Assembly (NCBI GenBank): GCA_035300145.1
Contig: DATGVQ010000180.1
Coordinates: forward strand, 1,232 to 65,231
DNA length: 64,000 bases
Direction of reading: 5' to 3'
From: Acidiferrobacterales bacterium
Lineage (GTDB): Bacteria; Pseudomonadota; Gammaproteobacteria; Acidiferrobacterales; DATGVQ01
Shown here one piece after another: positions 42,466 to 51,245 of the stretch. The notes under the pieces are model-generated. The model did no database searches and was not told the DNA's origin. It saw only the letters and a program-made list of their open reading frames with translations. The stretch's first letter is position 1; each line of letters begins with the position of its first letter. Made by a program: the position numbers and the translations under genes.

Positions 42466-44927
42466 AACTCCGTTACGGAATTTATTCCCTGCGCTTCAAG
42501 TTGATCCTGGCCGGCACCCTGGTTGAGGCCGTGCTGCTCACCCTGCTGGTGGCTAATAGCGTCCGGTTAATGCATAACTCCGTCATAGAGCAGACCCAAA
42601 TACGTTTAGATGAACTGACGCCTTTGTTTAACGCCTCCTTGACGCCGCCTTTGGCGGAGCGCGATTACGCCACGCTGCAAAATATTCTAAGCGGTATCGT
42701 ACAAGCACGCGGCCTCGAATACATCCAGGTCATCGACCATCGGGGCTCACGTGTGGCGCGCGCCGGCCGCGCGCCCGCTTTTTTCGTTGAAGACGCAGGG
42801 TTGCGTGAAGCCGGTGAGGGCCACATTGTTGACCAACAACGGCCGCTGCAACTAAGTGGCCAGCTATTTGGAAAGGTGCAATTTGGCATCTCCACTGAAC
42901 CGTTGGAATCGGCCACGGCGGCGATCTTTAACCAAGGGGTCGGTATCGCGCTATGTGAGATCCTGGCCACCTTTGTCCTGCTCACCGCGGTCGGCGTATT
43001 TCTCACTCGCAATCTGTTCGTCCTGGCCGACGGCGCGCGCAAAATCGCCGCCGGTGATTTGGAGGTGAAGCTTAACGAGAGCGGCCGCGATGAGATCGGC
43101 GATACTGCGCGTGCGTTTAATCACATGACTGCTTCGCTCAGACGCCATATTCAGCAACACGGGCAAGCAATGCAGGCGCTTAAGGAGAGCGAGGAGAACC
43201 TTCGCTCCCTTGCCGACAACGCCAACGATGGCATTATGATCACGCGGGGCCCCGGAGGGGCGCATGAATACGCCAATCCCCGTTTGGCGGAAATAACCGG
43301 GTACAGCGTTAGCGAGCTGCTTAGCGCCAGCACGCGGGAGCTGGCTCCTGCGGATGAGTATGCAAAAATCGCGGAGCGATACCAGAAACGGCTTAGGGGG
43401 GAGCGAGTCTCGCCACAGTATGATACCCTGTTTCGGCGCAAAGACGGCACCACCGTGCCGGTAGAGATCTCGTCCGCAATGACAACTTGGCAAGGGCGGC
43501 CCGGGGTGATCGTAGTAGTGCGCGACATCAGCAACCGCAAACGATACGAGAAAAAAATCGCCCATTTGAACCGGCTGTACTCGGTGTTGAGCGAGATTAA
43601 TAAAATGATCATACGCACGCGCACCGTGCCGGAACTTTACCACAATGCCTGCCGCATCGCGGTGGAGCATGGCTTGTTCCGGCTGGCATGGATTGGGGTG
43701 GTCGATCCAGCCGGCCAGCGCCTACAACCGGTCGCCTATGCCGGTTTTGATGAAGGTTATCTCGATTATATCCGGGTGAATGATGCCCCCGACTCCGGGC
43801 CGGCGGGAAATGTGCTGCGCGGGGGGGATCCTTTTATCTGCAACGATATTGAGCATCACCATTCACGCACGGTAACCCTGCGCGAACAGGCGTTAAAACG
43901 CGGATATCGCTCTTTCTGCTCATTTCCCCTGCGCTTGGCTGGACATGCGGTAGCGGTATTTAATGTATACGCCGGCGAGCCGCAATTTTTTGACGAGGAG
44001 CAGGCCCGCCTGCTCAGCGACTTGGCCGATGATATTTCTTTTGCGCTCGATTTCATTGAACAAGAGCGTCAACGCAAATTCGCCGAGGCGGATCGCGAAC
44101 GCCTATTAAAAGAGCTGATGGCCAAGAATGCCGAAATGGAAAATTTTGTTTATACTATTTCCCATGCCATCGATCAAGAGCGTCAACGCAAATTCGCCGA
44201 GGCGGATCGCGAGCGCTTGTTAAAAGAGCTGACAGCCAAGAATGCCGAGATGGAAAATTTTGTCTATACTATTTCTCATGATCTAAAGTCCCCGCTCATC
44301 ACCATCGGCGGGTATGCGGGTATGCTCGAAAAGGATATCAGGCGGCAAGACAAAGAAAAGATCAACGAGGATCTGGCGGAAATCTCCAAGGCCACGACGC
44401 ATATGCAAACGTTAATCGACGACCTGCTGGCGTTAAGCCGCACCGGCCGCATTATGGGTAAGCGGGAGCCGGTGGATCTGCAGGCGTTGCTCAAGGAAGT
44501 AATCCGGCTGCTCAACAAAAAAATCGCCAGCGCACGCGCCGTCGTTCACTTGGCGCCGGACTTGCCTTATATAAATGTCGATCGTAAACGCTTCGCTCAG
44601 GTGTTCGAAAATTTGATCGATAATGCGGTGAAGTATCGACGCCCGAGACTGAAGCCCAAAATAGAAATCGGCTATCGGCATCATGATTTTGAGCCTCTCA
44701 TATACGTGCGTGACAATGGCAAGGGAATAAATCCGGCGTATCTGGAACGGATCTTTGAACTATTTGAGCGCGCCGACACCGACACCGAGGGCACCGGGGT
44801 GGGTCTGGCCATCGCCCGGCGTATTGTAGAGGTGCATGGTGGAAGGTTATGGGCTGAATCCGTTCAAGGCCGGGGCAGCACCCTCTGGATTGCGCTGCCC
44901 AGATCCGTTATTGTAACGACCAATTAA
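42462..44927 (+). CDS. sensor histidine kinase (TM-HAMP-PAS-GAF-HisKA-HATPase)
   Basis: 821 aa. Two TM helices flank a ~130-aa periplasmic segment. Then HAMP (IAAGDLEVKLNESGRDEIGDTARAFNHM), PAS, a GAF-like region, H-box FVYTISHDLKSPL, N-box NLIDNAVKY, and G-boxes DNGKGI / GTGVGLAIA. GTGA overlap with the upstream SBP gene. Confidence 0.9.
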   Translation: MKLRYGIYSLRFKLILAGTLVEAVLLTLLVANSVRLMHNSVIEQTQIRLDELTPLFNASLTPPLAERDYATLQNILSGIVQARGLEYIQVIDHRGSRVARAGRAPAFFVEDAGLREAGEGHIVDQQRPLQLSGQLFGKVQFGISTEPLESATAAIFNQGVGIALCEILATFVLLTAVGVFLTRNLFVLADGARKIAAGDLEVKLNESGRDEIGDTARAFNHMTASLRRHIQQHGQAMQALKESEENLRSLADNANDGIMITRGPGGAHEYANPRLAEITGYSVSELLSASTRELAPADEYAKIAERYQKRLRGERVSPQYDTLFRRKDGTTVPVEISSAMTTWQGRPGVIVVVRDISNRKRYEKKIAHLNRLYSVLSEINKMIIRTRTVPELYHNACRIAVEHGLFRLAWIGVVDPAGQRLQPVAYAGFDEGYLDYIRVNDAPDSGPAGNVLRGGDPFICNDIEHHHSRTVTLREQALKRGYRSFCSFPLRLAGHAVAVFNVYAGEPQFFDEEQARLLSDLADDISFALDFIEQERQRKFAEADRERLLKELMAKNAEMENFVYTISHAIDQERQRKFAEADRERLLKELTAKNAEMENFVYTISHDLKSPLITIGGYAGMLEKDIRRQDKEKINEDLAEISKATTHMQTLIDDLLALSRTGRIMGKREPVDLQALLKEVIRLLNKKIASARAVVHLAPDLPYINVDRKRFAQVFENLIDNAVKYRRPRLKPKIEIGYRHHDFEPLIYVRDNGKGINPAYLERIFELFERADTDTEGTGVGLAIARRIVEVHGGRLWAESVQGRGSTLWIALPRSVIVTTN
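44052..44279 (+). repeat. in-frame 2 x 114-bp tandem duplication inside the histidine kinase
   Basis: Copy 1 is 44052-44165 and copy 2 is 44166-44279, at about 89% identity. They encode (F/A)I(E/D)QERQRKFAEADRERLLKEL(M/T)AKNAEMENFVYTISH twice. Confidence 0.92.
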
Positions 44928-44946
44928 AAATAGCGAGACCCGAAAA

Positions 44947-45435
44947 ATGGCATCTCCGCAACAGAAAGATACACTAACCGTCCCCCAAGAGATTCCCGCC
45001 CACGAACCCGTGCGCATTCTGCTGGTCGAGGACAACGACGCCCATACTAAACTGATTCTACGCGCTTTTAGAGAGGACCGGTTGTCCAATCCCGTGTATT
45101 GTGTGCGCGATGGCGAGGAGGCCTTGGATTATTTGTTCCATAATCGCAAATATACAGATCCCACCACCAGCCCGCGCCCGGACCTGATTTTGCTGGATCT
45201 CAAGCTGCCCAAGGTGGACGGTATCGAAGTGTTGCGCCGAATCAAGGCAGACAAAAGCCTTAAGAGCGTTCCAGTAGTGGTGCTTACAAGCTCGCTGGCG
45301 GATCAAGACATGGCCGAAACTTACGCGCTCGGCGCCAACAGTTATTTAAGCAAGCCGATCGATTTTGAAAAGTTTCACAAAATGGTCCAAGATCTGGATT
45401 TTTACTGGTCCGTTTGGAATAAGCCGCTAAAGTAA
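44947..45435 (+). CDS. stand-alone receiver-domain response regulator
   Basis: 162 aa. ILLVEDNDA, the phospho-acceptor context LILLDLKLPKVDG, VVVLTSS, and KP. No output domain. Confidence 0.88.
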   Translation: MASPQQKDTLTVPQEIPAHEPVRILLVEDNDAHTKLILRAFREDRLSNPVYCVRDGEEALDYLFHNRKYTDPTTSPRPDLILLDLKLPKVDGIEVLRRIKADKSLKSVPVVVLTSSLADQDMAETYALGANSYLSKPIDFEKFHKMVQDLDFYWSVWNKPLK

Positions 45436-45545
45436 CGGCGCGCCCGCGCAAAAACGACCGGAAGTAGCGTAGAGTTCATCCCGCCCGCCTGTTTCCGGCG
45501 CAGATGAAAGTGATAAAATTACTCTGTCCGACAAATATCCTAGCC

Positions 45546-47420
45546 ATGTTGCATCCTGAGTCTTATGAAGTCATTGTCATCGGCGGCGGCCATGCCGGCA
45601 CCGAAGCCGCGCTCGCCTGCGCGCGCATGGGTTGCAAGACGCTGCTGCTTACCCACAACGTAGAGACGCTGGGGCAGATGTCGTGCAACCCGGCCATCGG
45701 CGGCATCGGTAAGGGGCATTTAGTCAAAGAAATCGATGCCCTGGGCGGCATCATGGCGCACGCCACCGATCGGGCCGGCATCCAGTTTCGCATCTTGAAT
45801 TCGCGCAAAGGCCCGGCGGTGCGCGCCACGCGCGCGCAGGCCGACCGCATGCTTTATAAAACCGCTATCCGCCAGGCGATTGAAAACCAGCCGAACCTGA
45901 CTTTATTCCAGCAGGCGGCAGAGGATTTGCTGGTAGAACAGGGGCGGGTGGCCGGCGTCATCACGCAGATGGGGCTCAAGTTCCAGGCGCGCGCGGTGGT
46001 GTTGACCACCGGTACTTTTCTTGGCGGCTTAATTCACATCGGCCAGTCGAATTATCAAGGCGGACGCGCCGGCGATCCGCCGGCGAATGCGCTCGCGCGG
46101 CGCCTGCGTGAGCTGCCGTTCCGGGTAGGCCGCCTCAAGACCGGCACGCCGCCGCGCATCGACGGGCGCAGCATCGACTATTCGGCAATGGCCACGCAGC
46201 CGGGCGATGAGCCGGTGCCGGTGTTTTCCTTTATGGGTGATGCCGCAGAGCACCCGCCCCAGGTGGCATGTCATATTACTTATACCAACGCGTACACGCA
46301 CGATATCATCCGCGCCGGCCTCGATCGTTCGCCGATGTACACCGGCGTGATTGAGGGTATCGGCCCACGTTACTGCCCTTCGGTGGAAGATAAGGTCGTA
46401 CGTTTCGTGGACAAGCAGGCGCACCAGATTTTTATTGAGCCGGAAGGGTTAAATACGCATGAAGTTTATCCTAACGGCATTTCCACCAGCCTGCCGTTTG
46501 ACGTGCAATGGCAGTTGGTGCGCTCGATCAAAGGCCTGGAGCGCGCGCATCTTACGCGCCCCGGCTATGCGATCGAATATGATTTTTTCGATCCGCGCGA
46601 TCTTGAACCGAGCCTGGAAACAAAATCGATGCCGGGCCTGTTCTTTGCCGGCCAGATCAACGGCACTACCGGTTATGAGGAAGCGGCGGCGCAAGGTTTG
46701 ATTGCCGGCATCAATGCCGCTCTTCAAGTACAAGCGAGAGCGCCGTGGTGGCCGCGCCGTGATCAGGCCTATACCGGCGTATTGATCGATGACTTGATTA
46801 CGCGCGGGACGAACGAACCCTATCGGATGTTCACTTCGCGCGCCGAATATCGTTTGTTGCTGCGCGAGGACAACGCCGATTTGCGCTTAACGGAAAAAGG
46901 GCGCGAATTGGGGTTAATCGATGAAACCCGCTGGCAGCGGCTTTGCGCCAAACAAGAAGCCATCGCCCGCGAGCAGCAGCGCTTGCACAGCACCTGGTTG
47001 CGCCCGGGAGATTTGCCGGAGACAGAAGCGCAGCGGGTGTTTGGCCAGGCGTTGGCGCACGAATATAGCTTGATCGAGCTATTGCGCCGGCCGCAAGTCG
47101 ATTATCACGCGTTAATGAGCCTGCCAGGCGCCGGCCCCGGCACTAGCGACCGCCAAGCGGCCGAACAGGTGGAGATCCAGGCCAAATACGCCGGCTATAT
47201 CGAGCGCCAAACCGAAGAGATAGCAAGGCAATTAAAGCACGAAGAAACCGGCCTGCCGCTGGACTTGGATTACAGCCAGGTGCGCGGCCTATCCACCGAG
47301 GTGCGGCAAAAACTTAGCGCGCACAAGCCCACAACCTTAGGTCAAGCGGCGCGCATCTCCGGCATCACCCCGGCAGCTATTTCCTTGCTGTTGGTGCACC
47401 TCAAGCGCAAACGCGCTTAA
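45546..47420 (+). CDS. mnmG: tRNA uridine 5-carboxymethylaminomethyl modification enzyme MnmG (GidA)
   Basis: The conserved start ...[16 protein letters not shown] follows the ATG at 45546. Also [23 protein letters not shown] and [19 protein letters not shown]. Confidence 0.97.
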   Translation: MLHPESYEVIVIGGGHAGTEAALACARMGCKTLLLTHNVETLGQMSCNPAIGGIGKGHLVKEIDALGGIMAHATDRAGIQFRILNSRKGPAVRATRAQADRMLYKTAIRQAIENQPNLTLFQQAAEDLLVEQGRVAGVITQMGLKFQARAVVLTTGTFLGGLIHIGQSNYQGGRAGDPPANALARRLRELPFRVGRLKTGTPPRIDGRSIDYSAMATQPGDEPVPVFSFMGDAAEHPPQVACHITYTNAYTHDIIRAGLDRSPMYTGVIEGIGPRYCPSVEDKVVRFVDKQAHQIFIEPEGLNTHEVYPNGISTSLPFDVQWQLVRSIKGLERAHLTRPGYAIEYDFFDPRDLEPSLETKSMPGLFFAGQINGTTGYEEAAAQGLIAGINAALQVQARAPWWPRRDQAYTGVLIDDLITRGTNEPYRMFTSRAEYRLLLREDNADLRLTEKGRELGLIDETRWQRLCAKQEAIAREQQRLHSTWLRPGDLPETEAQRVFGQALAHEYSLIELLRRPQVDYHALMSLPGAGPGTSDRQAAEQVEIQAKYAGYIERQTEEIARQLKHEETGLPLDLDYSQVRGLSTEVRQKLSAHKPTTLGQAARISGITPAAISLLLVHLKRKRA

Positions 47421-47430
47421 GCTGACCAGT

Positions 47431-47471
47431 AGGATGTTGAAGAGTCCCTCCCTGGCCTTTTTCAACATCCT
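47431..47471. terminator. hairpin (repeat-family module, copy E) acting as a likely bidirectional terminator
   Basis: aggatgttgaa-gagtccctccctggccttt-ttcaacatcct, an 11-bp stem. It is related to the ttgttgaaaaagtccatccatggcctttttcaacac module of copies B and C. Sits between the convergent stops of mnmG (47420) and the 47486 gene. Confidence 0.65.
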
Positions 47472-47485
47472 GCGGAGCAGCTTAC

Positions 47486-47995
47486 TTATTTGGCGGGTGG
47501 AGTTGCGACCGGCTCACTAGGGGCCGCGGGTGCCGGCTTGGCTGCCTGCGTGTAGGTAAAGGTGTTTGCCCTCAAGGTGCTGCCCGCGGCATCGACCACG
47601 GAAACTTTCCATTCCCCCAGCCACAGAGGGTCGAGCGTCTTGCTTGAATACACCCGCCAACGGGCGGCACCCACGTCGAATTTAACTTCAGACATTACTT
47701 TACCGTTGAATTCCCAGCGATGGGTGACGGGCTGACCCGCCATATCTTTTAGCTCAGTAAAGAAATAAACTTTTGTGGCGTTGTTGCCCAGGCTACTAAT
47801 ATTGTCCACCGGTTCGCGATCAGCCATTGCCGTAGTAAATACGGCGCGCGCTACGCTGCCGGTTGGTGTTGATTTGGGCGAAGGCTGCGCTGAAGGCGGC
47901 GCAGCGGCGGGCATATTATCGCCCGCAGCAGGCTCCGCAGCGTAGAGGGAGGCGGCTAACAACAGACTAAGGACGGCAAATAAAAAGTTTTTCAT
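47486..47995 (-). CDS. secreted protein, probably DUF2914-like
   Basis: 169 aa. Signal peptide (LLLAASLYA), an Ala/Pro-rich linker, then VYFFTELKDMAGQPVTHRWEFNGKVMSEVKFDVGAARWRVYSSKTL..GEWKVSVVDAAG. From memory this matches the DUF2914 pattern. The family call is unverified. Confidence 0.6.
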   Translation of the reverse strand: MKNFLFAVLSLLLAASLYAAEPAAGDNMPAAAPPSAQPSPKSTPTGSVARAVFTTAMADREPVDNISSLGNNATKVYFFTELKDMAGQPVTHRWEFNGKVMSEVKFDVGAARWRVYSSKTLDPLWLGEWKVSVVDAAGSTLRANTFTYTQAAKPAPAAPSEPVATPPAK

Positions 47996-48083
47996 ATTCT
48001 CGTTCCTTTATGTATTTAGTTATCGACAGGTAGAAATATTTTAGTTCAAATGTTGAAAAAAGCCCATGTAGAATTAAACAAAA

Positions 48084-48704
48084 ATGCTGGAAAAAATCTT
48101 AACGCAGGGGTTACAGGCACTGAAACTTCGGCTTCCGCCGGAAGCCAGGCGGGCATTGCTCGATTTTGTCCTGTTATTGGATAAATGGAACCAAGCCTAT
48201 AACTTAACCGCGGTGCGCGATCCGCAGCAAATGATAACGCGCCATATTTTAGATAGCCTTTCGGTCTTGCCGTTTGTGAAAGGGCCGCGGGTCCTGGACG
48301 TAGGCAGCGGCGCCGGTTTGCCGGGAATCCCGCTTGCGCTCGCGCAGCCACAGCTTGATTTTGTATTATTGGATAGCAATGCCAAGAAAACCAGATTTAT
48401 TACCCAGGCAGTTGCGGACTTAAGGATTAAAAACGTGGAAATCGCGCAAGAACGCGTGGAAAAATACCAGCCGCGCAAAAAATTTAATACGCTAATCTCT
48501 CGTGCCTTTGCTAGTATTGCTGATATGCTGGCGAGCACCGGCCATTTAGCGGATGCAGGGGCGGAATTTCTTGCCATGAAAGGCGTTTATCCGCAAGAAG
48601 AGTTGGCGGCAATCCCGCAACATTACCAGGTTTCCAGCGTACAGGCTTTGCAGGTGCCGGGGCTGGACGCGGCGCGCCATCTTGTTATCATCACGGGACG
48701 CTAG
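48084..48704 (+). CDS. rsmG: 16S rRNA (guanine527-N7)-methyltransferase RsmG (GidB)
   Basis: 206 aa. WNQAYNLTAVRDPQQMITRHILDSL, and the SAM motif VLDVGSGAGLPGIPLA. Confidence 0.92.
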   Translation: MLEKILTQGLQALKLRLPPEARRALLDFVLLLDKWNQAYNLTAVRDPQQMITRHILDSLSVLPFVKGPRVLDVGSGAGLPGIPLALAQPQLDFVLLDSNAKKTRFITQAVADLRIKNVEIAQERVEKYQPRKKFNTLISRAFASIADMLASTGHLADAGAEFLAMKGVYPQEELAAIPQHYQVSSVQALQVPGLDAARHLVIITGR

Positions 48705-48719
48705 TGTAGAGGGCAGGCG

Positions 48720-49487
48720 ATGGGTAAGGTGCTGGCGATTACTAACCAGAAAGGCGGCGTAGGCAAAACCACCACCAGCATTAATCTGGCGGCGTCGCTT
48801 GCCAAGACCCGGCGCAAGATCATGCTGATCGATCTCGACCCGCAAGGCAACGCCACCATGGGCAGCGGGATTAATAAAGAAGCGGTTAAGGCCACCTCTT
48901 ACCAGGTTGTAATCGGCATTAACTCCATTGAAGACGCCATCCTTCACGCCGATGGCGGTTATGATTTGGTGCCGGCGAACAGCGATCTGTCCGGCGCAGA
49001 AATCGAGCTGATCAGCCTTGAACGCCGCGAACACCGTTTGCGCACGGCCTTGGAGCCGGTACGCGATCGTTATGATTATCTTTTAATTGATTGTCCGCCG
49101 GCGTTAAATCTGTTAACCGTCAATGCCCTGGTTGCGGCACAGGCGGTGATGATCCCGATGCAATGTGAGTACTACGCGCTGGAAGGCCTTTCGGCGCTGT
49201 TAAACACCATCCGCAAGGTGCGCGAGTCGCTCAATCCGCAGCTGCAAATAGAGGGTTTGCTGCGCACCATGTACGACCCGCGCAATAGTCTGTCGAATGA
49301 AGTGTCGGCGCAGTTAAGCCGCCACTTCGGCGACAAGCTTTATCGCACCATTATTCCACGCAATGTCCGGCTGGCCGAAGCGCCGAGCTTCGGCCAGCCG
49401 GTTATCAGTTACGATATGCAATCCAAGGGAGCGCAGGCCTACTTGGCGTTGGCCGGCGAAATACTACGCCGCGAGCAAGCGGCATGA
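48720..49487 (+). CDS. parA: chromosome partitioning ATPase ParA/Soj
   Basis: 255 aa. The deviant Walker A NQKGGVGKTTTSINLA, and DLDPQGNAT. Confidence 0.95.
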   Translation: MGKVLAITNQKGGVGKTTTSINLAASLAKTRRKIMLIDLDPQGNATMGSGINKEAVKATSYQVVIGINSIEDAILHADGGYDLVPANSDLSGAEIELISLERREHRLRTALEPVRDRYDYLLIDCPPALNLLTVNALVAAQAVMIPMQCEYYALEGLSALLNTIRKVRESLNPQLQIEGLLRTMYDPRNSLSNEVSAQLSRHFGDKLYRTIIPRNVRLAEAPSFGQPVISYDMQSKGAQAYLALAGEILRREQAA

Positions 49488-50359
49488 GAGACGCAGTCAT
49501 GAATACGAAGAAACCCCGACTCGGCCGCGGCCTCGACGCCCTTTTGGGCGGTGCGTTAGAGGCGGCGGCGAACCATAAAGAAGAATTGCGCCGGCTGCCG
49601 GTGGAGATGTTGCAGCGCGGCAAATACCAGCCGCGCACCCACATGAACCAGGAGCGGCTTGCGGAACTCGCGGCTTCAATCAAGGCGCAGGGGGTGGTGC
49701 AGCCGATCGTGGTGCGCGAATTGACCTCCGGCAATTATGAAATTATCGCCGGCGAGCGCCGCTGGCGCGCGGCGCAGATGGCCGGCCTCGATACCGTGCC
49801 GGCGGTTATCCGCAAGATTCCGGATGAAGTGGCGATTGCGATCGCGCTTATTGAAAATATTCAACGCGAAGACCTTAACCCGGTGGAAGAAGCCACCGCT
49901 TTCCAACGCCTGATCCATGAATTTCGCATGACCCACCAGCAAATCGCCGACAATGTCGGCCGTTCGCGCGCGGCGGTGACTAACTTATTGCGGCTTCTTT
50001 CTTTAAACGAAGACGTACGTCAAATGCTGGACGAAGACAAGATGGACATGGGCCACGCCCGTGCCCTGCTCGCGTTAAACGGCGCCGGCCAAAGTCGGGC
50101 GGCGCAGCGCGTGGTGGAAGGGCGTTTGTCGGTGCGCGAGACGGAAGACCTGGTGCGCAAGCTTTTGCAAAAAGGCGCACCTGCGCGCAAGCCGGCGCGC
50201 GCCTCGATCGATCCCGACATCCGCCGCTTGCAAGACCGCCTTTCCGAACGGCTCGGCGCGCGCGTGCAGATCAGCCATCATCAATCAGGCAAAGGCAAGC
50301 TCATCATCGAATACCATAGCAGCGAGGAACTGGAAGGCATACTGGCGCGCATTCGCTGA
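49484..50359 (+). CDS. parB: chromosome partitioning protein ParB/Spo0J
   Basis: RLGRGLDALL, QPRT, the IIAGERRWRAA box, and the HTH TQQIADNVGRSRAAVTNLLRLL. The start is either the ATG at 49484 (ATGA overlap with parA) or the ATG at 49499. Confidence 0.93.
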   Translation: MRDAVMNTKKPRLGRGLDALLGGALEAAANHKEELRRLPVEMLQRGKYQPRTHMNQERLAELAASIKAQGVVQPIVVRELTSGNYEIIAGERRWRAAQMAGLDTVPAVIRKIPDEVAIAIALIENIQREDLNPVEEATAFQRLIHEFRMTHQQIADNVGRSRAAVTNLLRLLSLNEDVRQMLDEDKMDMGHARALLALNGAGQSRAAQRVVEGRLSVRETEDLVRKLLQKGAPARKPARASIDPDIRRLQDRLSERLGARVQISHHQSGKGKLIIEYHSSEELEGILARIR

Positions 50360-50394
50360 AGCCGGGCGGCTGTGCCGTACATTTGGAAAAGCCG

Positions 50395-50793
50395 ATGAAA
50401 AAGATTTTGTTAATGGTCATTGTGCTGCTGCCGGGCCTGGTTTGGGGCGGAGCGGAAGAGGTGCACCAGGCGGCTTCGACGGGCGATGCTGAGATGCAGT
50501 TTGAGCTGGGCGAGCTATACGAATTTGGCTTCGGGCTACAGCAAAATTATATCCCCGCGCTGGCCTGGTATATCTTGGCGTCCGAGCAAGGAAATCAAAA
50601 AGCCATCAAACGCCGCGATGCGCTGAAGAGCCGCATGACCCCCCAGCAAATAGAAGAGGCGCAAAATCAGGCGCAGTCGTTACGCAAACAAGCGCCGTCT
50701 TCGGCTCCAGGCGCCGCCACCACCGCACCGGTGCCAGTAGCCGCGCCGGAGCCTGAGCGTTCAGGCCAGCCGTCGCCGGCCGATAGGCCCTAA
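50395..50793 (+). CDS. secreted Sel1-repeat (TPR-like) protein
   Basis: Signal peptide MKKILLMVIVLLPGLVWG. One or two Sel1-type repeats (GDAEMQFELGELYEFGFGLQQNYIPALAWYILASEQGNQKA) and an Ala/Pro-rich tail. Confidence 0.72.
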   Translation: MKKILLMVIVLLPGLVWGGAEEVHQAASTGDAEMQFELGELYEFGFGLQQNYIPALAWYILASEQGNQKAIKRRDALKSRMTPQQIEEAQNQAQSLRKQAPSSAPGAATTAPVPVAAPEPERSGQPSPADRP

Positions 50794-51245
50794 TTGGAGA
50801 GGATTACACCGAGAAATGATTGACGGTCGGCGACTTCGATCGAGGACCCCTACTCTAGCGCCGACGGCGCACGTTAAGCGATAATAAAACATGTGTTATT
50901 GCACTATGGTTTTTATCGACAAACACGAGAAATGTGCCAATTGAAGGGACCTATTACCGTGTCCCGCGTCCAGAGTATCCTCTGGAACGGTGCGCATGGC
51001 GCGCCGCTTCCTGCAGATGGTGGCGCGAAGCGCCATCTAAATGGGTCAGGCAAGCGAAAGCTCGAAGTTGTCGAGACGAAGAAGCCAAGCCGCCGAGAGG
51101 CATCGGCTCGCCGGCTGGCGACGGGCTAGAAGAAATCTCTCACGCCACGCCATCAAATCAGGATGCGTGGCCGGGTTCCGGCGAACGCCACGAGCGCCTT
51201 CTGGCAGCCAAACAGCGGAGTTTAATAGCCGACACAAGTAGGATT

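Noticed and set aside
45436-45545. An enteric-style oriC next to mnmG (gidA).
   Set aside because: No TTATCCACA-like boxes or AT-rich 13-mers occur in this spacer.
50934-51245. Upstream 104 codons of the 442-aa track ORF as a real N-terminal domain. Also the overlapping ORFs 50893-51129, 51041-51241 (+) and 51046-51237 (-).
   Set aside because: Composition is unlike the gene body and there are no motifs. A good AGGA-ATG start lies at 51246. The stretch is kept only as a leader-region observation.
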